64,000 nucleotides of DNA from Bdellovibrionota bacterium (GTDB taxonomy: Bacteria > Bdellovibrionota_C > UBA2361). The translations under genes were made by a program, and so were the position numbers. The stretch is from positions 13,915-77,914 of the forward strand of contig JBILDU010000002.1 in NCBI GenBank assembly GCA_044352465.1. Direction: 5' to 3'. Shown one piece after another: positions 47,701-56,509 of this stretch (positions are counted from its first letter, which is position 1; each line of letters starts with the position of its first letter). The notes beneath the pieces are model-generated. The model ran no database searches and had not been told where the DNA came from. It saw nothing but the letters and a program-made list of their open reading frames with translations.

Positions 47701-49498
47701 GCGCGCTCAACACGGTTATTTCGCCCGGGCAACAGTCGGCACCGCCTCGTGTGGCTTCTTGGTGCTCGGCATCGCCTTTCTTCTTACGATTTTATTGCTT
47801 CCCGCGGTCGGAGTGTCTCAGGGGGTTACCGTTGGTGGTCTTTCATTCCCTGTTGAGGCGATTGATCGAGCGAGCGGGGGAGAGGTTCTTGTTCGACTCG
47901 GGGGGGTCGAGACCCTGACAACGAGCGAGGCAGTCGAGCGTTTCGTCGTTGAGACGACCCTCGGTGACCAGAAATTAGCCTTGCGCTTGGAAGCGGCCGC
48001 CCTTCTCCGCTTTGCTGAGGAGTGCTTTAAGCGGGAGCAGTTCGAGTGGGCCGGGCTCGCCCTTCGAGCGATGCGGTGGCGTCCCGCCGCAATCGAGGAT
48101 GACCTTGTGGAGAGTTTCGATGTTTTGAGTGAGGGAAGCTCGCTGACGAGCGGGGTTGATCGCGTCGCCCGTGCGGCGTTACTGCCTCTCTTTGAGCCGG
48201 AGCGGTATCCGCGCCTGACCGCCCGGCTTGTCCTGGCCGCCGGCGTACGGGCGCCGGACTGGGTGCGGCAGTTCGCTATCGCGTATGCGTACGGGGCTGA
48301 GCGGGCGATGAAAGAGCGCTTACAATCGGAACTGACCGAACGATTGCGCCGACGCGACCTTGAGGGCGCGGCTTTTTTCGCGGTATTCGCCCGTGAGGTT
48401 TACGGTCAAGACAAGGTGTTCGTACAATCGCTGGCGTTGAGGATAGAGCGTTTTGGTGAGATCCTCCGCGCGGTAACCGAGGGCAACGTCGATGCGCTTG
48501 GACGAGCTTTAGCGACAGAGATAGCTGATTCCGATCTGCGGGCACTGGTAGGTCCTCTCGCGATGGAGGGGCTTCACATGGCCGCAACCCGTTCGCTTGA
48601 GGCAGGAGACCTGGATGGAGCGCTTGAGATCCTCGCCCGTGTCGACACGCTGAAACGAACCCCCACGACTCATCAGTTGACGTCCACCGCGCTTGAGCGG
48701 CTTTATCCCCGTCCCGGGTCAGCGTTGCAGCGGGCCGAGGTGCTTAACTACCTTGACTTTATAGCTCGTCACGATGACTCATTGGCGCAGCTATACAAAC
48801 GAAAGCTCACCGAGGCGATCGATCTCCTCCTCGAAGCGGGGAAGGGTAACGAGAGTGAGCCGTTACTTGATCGGTTAAAGCAACTCGTTGGATCCTCTGA
48901 TCCGTTACTCGATACAATCCGCGTGCGCCAAGCTCGGGCCTATTTCGGGGCGGGGTTTCACTCCTCGGCTGAACGGAAGCTCCGGGAAGTTTCGGCGGGC
49001 AGTTTTAGGGCGATGTTTTTGCGGTTCCAGCTCGCCATCGTGAACATGTCGGTAGAGACGCTCGGAGTTCTTCTCTTGCTCTGTTTTCTCTTGATAGTCC
49101 GTATGCTCGTTTCGATCAAGCGAGGGGGGCCTTCGAATCTTAAGTCGGAGCGGCTCGCGGGAGACCCGTCGCGGAGCTCGAGCCGCGGAGTGGGTGGGGG
49201 ATCGGGGGCGACCCTTTCTCAGCCGGATGAAGAGGATGCGCCGCGTGGATTCGTCGTCAATGAGTTGCGGCGAATGAGTCCGAGCGCCCAAGAATACCAG
49301 CGTTGTCTTGCGGTGCTTGGTCTAACGCCCCACGCCGATTTGAGAGCGATTAAGAATGCCTACCGGAAACTCGTAAAAGATGTGCACCCCGACCGGCATA
49401 AGAATCAAGACGAGGAGGCCTCCAATCGCTTTATTGAGCTCACTCGAACCTACGACCGCATTCTCGAGTTGCGCAAAGAATTTCGCTACGAGGATTGA
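47669..49498 (+). CDS. bitopic membrane protein with large periplasmic helical domain and C-terminal cytoplasmic J domain (DjlA-like architecture)
   Basis: TM1 near the N-terminus. About 440-aa periplasmic region. TM2 VETLGVLLLLCFLLIVRMLVSI. J-domain AIKNAYRKLVKDVHPDRHKN…FIELTRTYDRILE (HPD motif). Confidence 0.7.
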   Translation: MYMGSFRPASKRAQHGYFARATVGTASCGFLVLGIAFLLTILLLPAVGVSQGVTVGGLSFPVEAIDRASGGEVLVRLGGVETLTTSEAVERFVVETTLGDQKLALRLEAAALLRFAEECFKREQFEWAGLALRAMRWRPAAIEDDLVESFDVLSEGSSLTSGVDRVARAALLPLFEPERYPRLTARLVLAAGVRAPDWVRQFAIAYAYGAERAMKERLQSELTERLRRRDLEGAAFFAVFAREVYGQDKVFVQSLALRIERFGEILRAVTEGNVDALGRALATEIADSDLRALVGPLAMEGLHMAATRSLEAGDLDGALEILARVDTLKRTPTTHQLTSTALERLYPRPGSALQRAEVLNYLDFIARHDDSLAQLYKRKLTEAIDLLLEAGKGNESEPLLDRLKQLVGSSDPLLDTIRVRQARAYFGAGFHSSAERKLREVSAGSFRAMFLRFQLAIVNMSVETLGVLLLLCFLLIVRMLVSIKRGGPSNLKSERLAGDPSRSSSRGVGGGSGATLSQPDEEDAPRGFVVNELRRMSPSAQEYQRCLAVLGLTPHADLRAIKNAYRKLVKDVHPDRHKNQDEEASNRFIELTRTYDRILELRKEFRYED

Positions 49499-50007
49499 TG
49501 GGCCTCTCCTCGGGGGCTGAGCGGCTGCTATCGTCAAAAAACCTTCCGAAAACGCATTGGGTTGAAGAGACCGCCCGGAAAATAGCCTAGCCAGGGTTTG
49601 GAGGTGTTTTTTATAACCCTGAAAGTGGTGTCAGATAATAATGGTGTTTTTAGGTAGTTATCGCTTCTTCTCGGTGCAAGGACCTGCGCCTTCCTGAGTC
49701 GTGCTTAATGGGATGATGCCAACCAGGGGCCATTAGATCTTCGTCGCAATGCTTGATTAGGAATCGTTAAGGGGATACCTTTTTGAGGCATCTCCAGGCG
49801 CTCCTCTCCAAAAGCAATCGATTCCGGGGAGCGTTTTCTCGATGCCTGTGCTCTTTTTCGTGTCTTTTCAGTGTTTCTTTTCGGTGTTTCTTTTCGGTGG
49901 GTCTTAAGAGACCTGTCCGTCCAGTTAACCTTCAATGGTGGTGGTCGAGCGGTGATGCCGCTTCGGGCTCTGAACGAGAGAGCCCGGCAGTGTAGTTTGA
50001 GCAATAT

Positions 50008-51225
50008 ATGGTGACAGTAGTACAGGTCTCCCGTTTGATCGGGGCTTTTCTTCTCAGCGGTGGTATTTTCCTGACCCCCGTTCGGTCGTTCGCCGATGAT
50101 GGTGGTGATAAGCCTACGGCTACTCCTACACCACCGCCACAATGCTCACCCTCGCCAACTCCTACACGGACGGCGACCCCAACCCCCACGCGGACGCCAA
50201 CCCCGTTTTGCACCTTCACTCCGACACCAACTCGTACAGCGACACCCACGCCGACCCGCACTCCGACGCCGGTCTGCACCTTTACACCGACTCCGACACG
50301 GACAGCGACGCCGACCCCGACACGCACACCGACCCCGTTTTGTACGTTTACGCCGACGCCAACTCGGACCGCAACGGCGACTCCGACCGTAACTTCCACA
50401 CCGACAGCGACGCGAACCCCCAAGCCGACGATGACGCCGACGGTTACCCATACGCCGACTCCAACTGAGACACCTTATGAGAAGCCCACGTTGACGCCGA
50501 CGGCCACACCGACATCGACTGCGACGCCGACTGTAACAGCGACTTCGTCGCCGACCCCGACGGTGACGGCGACGCCGACCTTGACCCCAACGCCAACCGA
50601 GACCCCAGAGCCGACGCCGACCGCGCCGCCGCCTGTTCCAACGCCGACGCCGACCGCGCCGCCGCCTGTTCCAACGCCGACGCCGACTCCGGAGGGGACG
50701 GTAGGACTACTCTGTCAGCCGTCGCAATGTACCGAGGTGGCACTCGCCCCCTTTGTTGAGACGGTGCGGGAGAAGCTCGTTCTGCAGGAGCGGTTCTTGT
50801 TGCGAGAGGCGCGCCTTATTACGGTAGCGCTACGGGGCCGAAACGATCAGCGAACCCGCACCCTCATAACCACCCTCAAACGCAAGTCGCGCTCCATCCG
50901 CAAAGAGATCGGGCGTACGATTCAGAACCTGCCTGCGGTCGTCTTTCAGGCCTGCCCTTCGAGTTGTGAAGAGTCCTTCAGGACAAGCTTCGACCTGTCC
51001 GAGGTAACGAACATAAACCGAATGTCGCGTGAGTTTTTAGCGCTCGCCAAGAAAGCGATCAATGAAAGGTATCAACTTGGCCGGAAGACCCCGTGTGACT
51101 CCGCGTGTCAGATAAGGGTTCGGGAGCGTAAGCTTCAAGCACAGCGTCAGATCGAGATCGCTCGCGAATTAAGCGTAGAGACGGTTCGAGTTATCAAAGG
51201 AACTCCACGGATCACGACGTTCTGA
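50008..51225 (+). CDS. secreted protein with Cys-punctuated Pro-Thr tandem repeats and a basic Cys-rich C-terminal domain (hypothetical)
   Basis: Signal peptide [29 protein letters not shown]. Three-plus copies of the 22-aa unit [23 protein letters not shown] further PT region has an exact 33-nt duplication ([11 protein letters not shown] x2). 175-aa C-terminal domain with 6 Cys. Confidence 0.7.
   Translation: MVTVVQVSRLIGAFLLSGGIFLTPVRSFADDGGDKPTATPTPPPQCSPSPTPTRTATPTPTRTPTPFCTFTPTPTRTATPTPTRTPTPVCTFTPTPTRTATPTPTRTPTPFCTFTPTPTRTATATPTVTSTPTATRTPKPTMTPTVTHTPTPTETPYEKPTLTPTATPTSTATPTVTATSSPTPTVTATPTLTPTPTETPEPTPTAPPPVPTPTPTAPPPVPTPTPTPEGTVGLLCQPSQCTEVALAPFVETVREKLVLQERFLLREARLITVALRGRNDQRTRTLITTLKRKSRSIRKEIGRTIQNLPAVVFQACPSSCEESFRTSFDLSEVTNINRMSREFLALAKKAINERYQLGRKTPCDSACQIRVRERKLQAQRQIEIARELSVETVRVIKGTPRITTF
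50158..50420 (+). repeat. 66-nt coding tandem repeat (x3.3) within the PT-repeat gene, plus an exact 33-nt x2 duplication at 50617-50682
   Basis: The protein repeat is conserved while synonymous positions diverge between copies, which suggests the repeats are old and maintained by selection. The 33-nt duplication is exact and so recent. Confidence 0.75.
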
Positions 51226-51658
51226 GTGTGCCTGGGCTGTGTCTGTGGTTCGAGGAGTTTTTGTCCTTGTGTTCTTGACTCAGCGGTTGCTTCCGGAGTC
51301 TCAGGAATTTAAAGGGGATAGATTCAACTGAATTTCCCTTAGTATTCGAGGGCTGTACCCCGTCCATATCATTTGCTCTTCTGAAAGCTGGCCGGGGGAC
51401 GGAGTTGGCGTTGTCTCTCTGTTCAGTTTGCTGGTGCGCTCCCGACCTAGCGCGAACGAGCTCCAAGCTTCAAAAAAGCGGATATCGGTCCTTTTCTACA
51501 CGCTGCTCCGGAATCTGCGCGGCACATTCTGTGCGCGTTTGTATTCCGCTTGCAAGGCTTCGCGTCGGTAAGGAAACTTACCGGATGGGATAGCAGGTGA
51601 AAGATCCCACCGAACGTGATACGACTCTTCCGGGTTAGCTTTCACCCGAGACATTTCT

Positions 51659-52273
51659 ATGGCCAAGTTGTATTTTCGTCACGGCACCGTCAGCAGCGCT
51701 AAAACGATGAACCTTCTCGTGGTGGCCCATAACTACCGCCAACAGGGGAAGAAGGTGCTCGTCTTAAAACCGGCGCTCGACACCCGATTTGGCGAGGACA
51801 GCATTCGCTCACGGGCCGGTTTGGAGCAAAAAGCCGATATTCTCCTCAATGAATCGTCGCGCATCCCGGCAGAGGCGCTTCTCGGGGTCAGTTGCGTTCT
51901 TGTCGATGAGGCGCAGTTTCTGAGCACCCGGGTGATCAACCAGCTTCGGGAGATCTCCGTTTTTAACAATATCCCGGTTATCTGCTACGGATTAAGGACG
52001 GATTTTCGAAGTCAGCTCTTTGAGGGAGCGAAGCGACTCATGGAGCTCGCCGATGCGATTGAGGAGGTAAAAACGACATGTGCCTTCTGCAATCGTAAGG
52101 CGATTATGAATCTCAAACACTCGAACGGACGTGCCACGATTGAGGGGCCGAGCGTTGATCTTGGGGCCGAGGAAAAGTATTTCCCCGCTTGCTACGCCTG
52201 TTACTGCGATCAGCTCAAGGCTGCCGAATGCCCCGTTTTCCCAACCTCGGAGCAGTTTAACCTATTTGATTAG
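51659..52273 (+). CDS. tdk: thymidine kinase (E. coli Tdk type) with atypical P-loop
   Basis: [20 protein letters not shown]… aligns with E. coli [38 protein letters not shown] and zinc ribbon CAFCNRKA…CYACYC are all conserved. The P-loop reads GTVSSAKT (Ala where the invariant Gly of GK[ST] is expected). Confidence 0.85.
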   Translation: [204 protein letters not shown]

Positions 52274-52784
52274 GTTTTGATGCCGGCAGTGTCGGGCGGA
52301 GAACTTCAAGGAAATTTCCTGAACCGACAACGACAACGCGGTCTCGCTTCTTAAAGCCTACAGCCCTGAGGTAATCAGCGGGAATCGTGATTCGGCCGAG
52401 ACCGTCAGGGGTCACCGATTCAGAGTAGTTGAGCATGAGCGTTACCCTTTCTATCGGCTCAGCTTTATTAAGGGGACGGTGGGTTTCCTCCAGCGCGCTA
52501 TCGTAGAGTGCTTTAAACTCGGTCGCGGAAAAGACCCAGAGACCTTGCTTCGTGGGAGGAAGGAAGATGTGGACTGGCGCGTCCCCGCCCATCTTATCCC
52601 AAAACTGCCCCGGAATATTTAGTCTTCCTTTGTCATCGACTGTGACCTCCTTCATCCCTGTGAGGAGGTGCTCGAGATTCGGTCTATCACCGGAGTGGGG
52701 GAGGCGGAGTTGCTTCAGCGCTTCTTGGCGCATTTTGAGGGTGGCTAACTCTGCGTTACCTGGTGTTAAGGTGTTTTCAGTCAT
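52257..52784 (-). CDS. MraZ-family DNA-binding protein (orphan paralogue, not in a dcw cluster)
   Basis: Two MraZ half-domains, each with the DxxxR motif: VTVDDKGRLNIP and VTPDGLGRITIPADYLRAVGF…RVVVVGSGNFLEV. Confidence 0.75.
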   Translation of the reverse strand: MTENTLTPGNAELATLKMRQEALKQLRLPHSGDRPNLEHLLTGMKEVTVDDKGRLNIPGQFWDKMGGDAPVHIFLPPTKQGLWVFSATEFKALYDSALEETHRPLNKAEPIERVTLMLNYSESVTPDGLGRITIPADYLRAVGFKKRDRVVVVGSGNFLEVLRPTLPASKPNQIG

Positions 52785-52886
52785 CCTTTGAGTGTGGCGA
52801 GGGCGTTAAATTTAGTCAAATGAGGCGAAGTAGCCAGCTTGTAGGAGCTGGGCTTAAGCTCTTTATAAGGATGATTATTGGTCGAT

Positions 52887-53957
52887 TCAGCTCGTTAAGT
52901 CAGGTGTTGGGTGGGGGGCCTGGAGCGCCCCCCGGAGAAGTTTGAGCGCCTGCCCCCTACCTGGGGCGAGGCGAAAGAAGAGCGGGGCAAGGGGCACACC
53001 GCTTTCATGGAGAAAGAGGATCGCGTCGGTTTCCGGTGAAATGAGACCAGCTTGAGGATGGGAGCGAACGAAGCGGGTCAACGGACCTCCCAGCTCTTGA
53101 CGAAGCTCTTTAGCGCATACGAGCGCTAACGTTGCCGTGGCGAGACGATCGGCGCAGAAGGCAAGTTTTTTGAATTCAGCTGGTAGCTTCGCTGACTCAG
53201 CCGTTCTTTCATACGGGGTGACAAAAAGTGGGGCCGCGATGCGCTCCCCCTTTTTGCTGGTTGTGGCGCTTATCTCGATAAGGTCGAGGATCGTTTCAGG
53301 ATACGAGTAGGACATCTGTACGAGGCCGTCTTTTTGGACATCGTAATCAAGTTTTTCGAATATACCGAGGAGCTTCCGCCGCGCGCTCTCAGAATCCTCT
53401 CGTTGGATGGCTTCAGCAGCGCTAAAAAATTCCTTAAATAAGGCGCGCCCAACCGCCCCCTTTTGCTCAAGCCCCGGGACGGTGGTGGTGAGAGGTACGC
53501 GAGACTCGAGGAGCTTTGGGGGCGCTAACCCATAGGTCGGTAAGGTAAACGACATCCCTCCAAAGCCGACACCGGTGAGCGCTGAGATTCCCGCCCTGGT
53601 TTCACCGGGGGAAACGATACTCACCACTTCGCGGGATGGCGGACGAGTTTTCGGAGTGATGAGCGAGATCGGCTGATCGGTCGAATTCGTTAATCCCCAA
53701 CGAGTCAAGCTCTCTCGCTTTAAAACAACACCGCTCGCCGAATCGCTGAGTACAAAACCGGTCGGCGTAACGGTGACCACAGCGCCAGGTTCGATCGCTT
53801 CGAGCTCGAATGAGACTCCGATCGAGCATTCCGGTGAATGAGGGTCGCGCTGAGTGCGGGTCGGTAACGACACCCCTTGGAGCTGGTCGGCTCGGGAGGT
53901 CTTTTCGTCCGTGAGGTGATGCGGTTGAGATTTAAAAATACCTTCCCAGAAGCCCAT
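52887..53957 (-). CDS. hypothetical protein (356 aa), co-directional with the mraZ-like gene
   Basis: Long ORF with protein-like composition. No recognised motifs. 102-bp gap to the mraZ-like gene. Confidence 0.5.
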   Translation of the reverse strand: MGFWEGIFKSQPHHLTDEKTSRADQLQGVSLPTRTQRDPHSPECSIGVSFELEAIEPGAVVTVTPTGFVLSDSASGVVLKRESLTRWGLTNSTDQPISLITPKTRPPSREVVSIVSPGETRAGISALTGVGFGGMSFTLPTYGLAPPKLLESRVPLTTTVPGLEQKGAVGRALFKEFFSAAEAIQREDSESARRKLLGIFEKLDYDVQKDGLVQMSYSYPETILDLIEISATTSKKGERIAAPLFVTPYERTAESAKLPAEFKKLAFCADRLATATLALVCAKELRQELGGPLTRFVRSHPQAGLISPETDAILFLHESGVPLAPLFFRLAPGRGQALKLLRGALQAPHPTPDLTS

Positions 53958-54660
53958 GGTCTTTCACTCCATCGCACGATGTCGCGAGTGTACACTATAG
54001 ATCGTGATGGTAGACCACAGGCTATTTTAAAAGGGACCTTGAGCGGTCCCGGGTTTTGTCGGCATCGCGGCGAGCGTTCGCGAGCAGGTCCGGCGGGTCT
54101 GGGGGCGCAGCCCCGGGCGACGTTGAGGGGGTAACCTCCGGTGAGAGGTGCGCTCGGGTTGCTGGCGTGTCGATAGCGCCCGGAGCGCTGCTCGGTGGGC
54201 GCGCGGGAACGGCTTCTCGGCAAGGACCATAGCTCGATCGGGTAGAGTAAGCTCCCCAAAACACGCGCCGGAAAACACCTTTTCCGCGAGAGGGGATCCG
54301 CGGGGAGTCGCCTCGATGCGCCGGCGGGCTCGCGCCGAGATCGCTCGATGGAGGGGGTGGTATGCGGGCACGACCTCATTTACTCGGAGCATCCCCCAAA
54401 GGGGGCGCCCTGAGTCGATATCGGAGAGGATCGAGGCGACAAGACGGGGAGAGACAGGCTGTTTTTCCATGACAGCCAAATGAGCAAAGGTCGTGCCCCC
54501 CCTGTCGGACTTTTAAGGTATTGATTTGATACCCCTCTCCCGGGCGGAGGGGGTGGGGGGCGTGTGGGGTGGTGCGGCAGTGGTGCTGCACCGTGCCGCA
54601 CGGGGCGGTAACGACCCGTCACCATGGTATTCTTTAGAGGTATCGGTATATACTCGCCAA

Positions 54661-54760
54661 CGGCGGCTGGGTCGCGTGCGAGAGGACCCGTGAACCCGGT
54701 CAGGCCCGGAAGGGAGCAGCCGTAACGGTATCACTCTGTGATACGTTTCTTGGCCGCCGC
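54661..54760 (+). ncRNA. ffs: signal recognition particle RNA (small 4.5S-type SRP RNA)
   Basis: Contains the invariant domain IV motif ACCCGGTCAGGCCCGGAAGGGAGCAGCC (E. coli ACCAGGUCAGGUCCGGAAGGAAGCAGCC) with a GGAA tetraloop. Terminal helix CGGCGGC…GCCGCCG. About 100 nt. Sits in the conserved position immediately upstream of dnaX-ybaB-recR. Confidence 0.65.
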
Positions 54761-54809
54761 TTTACTACCCCTACTTGAGATTGGGGACTCCAACAGGCGC
54801 GTACCGTCG

Positions 54810-56504
54810 ATGTCCTATCTGGTCTTTGCCCGCAAATATCGTCCCGGTAGTTTCGCCTCGGTCGTAGGGCAAGAGCACGTTACCCGCACCCTCGGTAACT
54901 CGATTAAACGGAATCGGGTCGCCCACGCGTATCTCTTCGCGGGGCCCCGTGGGGTGGGAAAGACCTCGATAGCGCGAATCTTTTCCAAGGCTTTGAATTG
55001 TCAGAAAGGCCCCACCGACGATCCGTGCATGGAGTGCTCGAATTGTCTTGAGATAACGAAGGGCTCGAGCCTTGCGGTGCGTGAGATCGACGGAGCCTCG
55101 CATAACAGCGTCGATAACGTTCGTGAGCTGATCGAATCATTCCGGTCCCTTCCGGCACCCGGATATCGCTATAAGATCTATATTATCGATGAAGTTCATA
55201 TGTTCAGTGGCTCGGCTTTCAATGCCCTGCTGAAGAGCCTCGAAGAGCCGCCACCGAACACCGTATTCATTCTCGCAACAACCGAGGTTCATAAGATCCC
55301 CGAGACCGTCATCTCGCGGTGTCAGCGCCACGATTTTCGCGCACTGCCAGGTGAAGACATCGAAAAGCAGCTCAAGCACATCGCTGCTCAAGAAAAGGTG
55401 ACGATCGAGCCGGAGGTCTTTCGGATGATCGCCCGATTTTCGGACGGGTCGATGCGAGATTCCCAGTCATTGCTCGACCGGGTGTGCTCGTTCTGTGATG
55501 GAACCGTCACCGCAGTTGAAGCGGGTAAGATTCTCGGGGTAGTCGAACGCAGCGTTCTTTTCTCGCTTTCTCAAGCGATATTTTCTCACGATGCGCCGAA
55601 GGCGTTAGAGATGGTGGGGGTCGCTTTCTCGCGTGGGATCGATCCAGCTCTTTTTCTTAAAGAATTCGCCTCGCATTGGCGTGAGCTTGTTGTCGCCCGC
55701 TTCGGTGGAGAGAAGGGACTTGAGAGGCTTGGTGTTTCGCCGGACGATGCGGTTGAGCTTCGTCGGCAGGTGCAGGGGGTCTCAACCCACGATGTACAAG
55801 ATCTCGCCGAGCTTGCCCGAAGTGGGGCTGATCGAGCGCTGCGGAGTTCGTTTCCCAAATATGCGCTCGAAGCTTTGGTCGTCCAATTGGCGACGCGGGC
55901 TCCGGTGCGTGAGATGAACGATATCCTCGCTGCGCTGAAGTCGGGTAAGGTTGGTCCGGTGAATAGCGCGACTCCGAGCGCGCCGTCCCGGGTCGCGCGG
56001 GTGGAGCCGCTCGTTGCCGAGCGGCCTGCGGCGCCGGTAATCCAGCGTGCCCCGGTTGGGGCGAGTGTGGCGGCTGAGTCGCCGACGTCATCAAACGGTG
56101 GCGCGCTCGATTGGGGGAGCTTCGTCCGCTTTGCCACCGATGAAGGCGCGCGGATGCTGGCTGAGCAGCTGAAGCGTCTTTCAGTTGAAAGCTTTTCCCC
56201 AGGGACTTTAAAGGCACGTGGTCCCGATTTTTCGGTCGCCTATCTCGCCAAGGGCGAGAATAAAGAGAAGCTCGAAAAACTCCTTGGTGGTTTCGTCAAG
56301 GGGGCGGCGAAGTGGCGGGTTGATCTGCAGACGAGTGGCTCGGTAGGACAGCCTGAGCCGGGGAGCTTGCTCCACAACGAGCAGAGTGCGAAGAGCGAAG
56401 CCGAGCGGCTTCGGAGCGAGCAGATCTCGAATCACCCCAAGATTAAAAGTCTGCAGAAAGTTTTTCCTGGCAGCAAAATCGAAACGATTAAAGTGAAGGA
56501 GTAA
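54810..56504 (+). CDS. dnaX: DNA polymerase III subunits gamma/tau
   Basis: MSYLVFARKYRP…VVGQEHV…AYLFAGPRGVGKTS (Walker A). Zinc module CQKGPTDDPCMECSNC. DEVH box IIDEVHM. The upstream ORF-track start at 54738 would overlap the SRP RNA. Confidence 0.93.
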   Translation: MSYLVFARKYRPGSFASVVGQEHVTRTLGNSIKRNRVAHAYLFAGPRGVGKTSIARIFSKALNCQKGPTDDPCMECSNCLEITKGSSLAVREIDGASHNSVDNVRELIESFRSLPAPGYRYKIYIIDEVHMFSGSAFNALLKSLEEPPPNTVFILATTEVHKIPETVISRCQRHDFRALPGEDIEKQLKHIAAQEKVTIEPEVFRMIARFSDGSMRDSQSLLDRVCSFCDGTVTAVEAGKILGVVERSVLFSLSQAIFSHDAPKALEMVGVAFSRGIDPALFLKEFASHWRELVVARFGGEKGLERLGVSPDDAVELRRQVQGVSTHDVQDLAELARSGADRALRSSFPKYALEALVVQLATRAPVREMNDILAALKSGKVGPVNSATPSAPSRVARVEPLVAERPAAPVIQRAPVGASVAAESPTSSNGGALDWGSFVRFATDEGARMLAEQLKRLSVESFSPGTLKARGPDFSVAYLAKGENKEKLEKLLGGFVKGAAKWRVDLQTSGSVGQPEPGSLLHNEQSAKSEAERLRSEQISNHPKIKSLQKVFPGSKIETIKVKE

Positions 56505-56509
56505 CTGCG

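Noticed and set aside
49932-50423. 163-aa minus-strand ORF encoding [10 protein letters not shown]… repeats
   Set aside because: Mirror-image translation of the PT tandem repeat. The plus-strand ORF is the real one because it has a signal peptide and a 175-aa non-repetitive C-terminal domain.
54027-54479. 150-aa minus-strand ORF (MAVMEKQPVSPRLVASILSDIDSGRPLWG…) upstream of the 356-aa hypothetical gene, plus overlapping plus-strand ORFs 54148..54483 and the 54738 start of dnaX
   Set aside because: The first ~90 residues look protein-like but the rest is an Arg/Pro-rich tail. The region is better explained by promoters plus the SRP RNA. Left uncalled (it could be a real small gene with low confidence, about 0.25).
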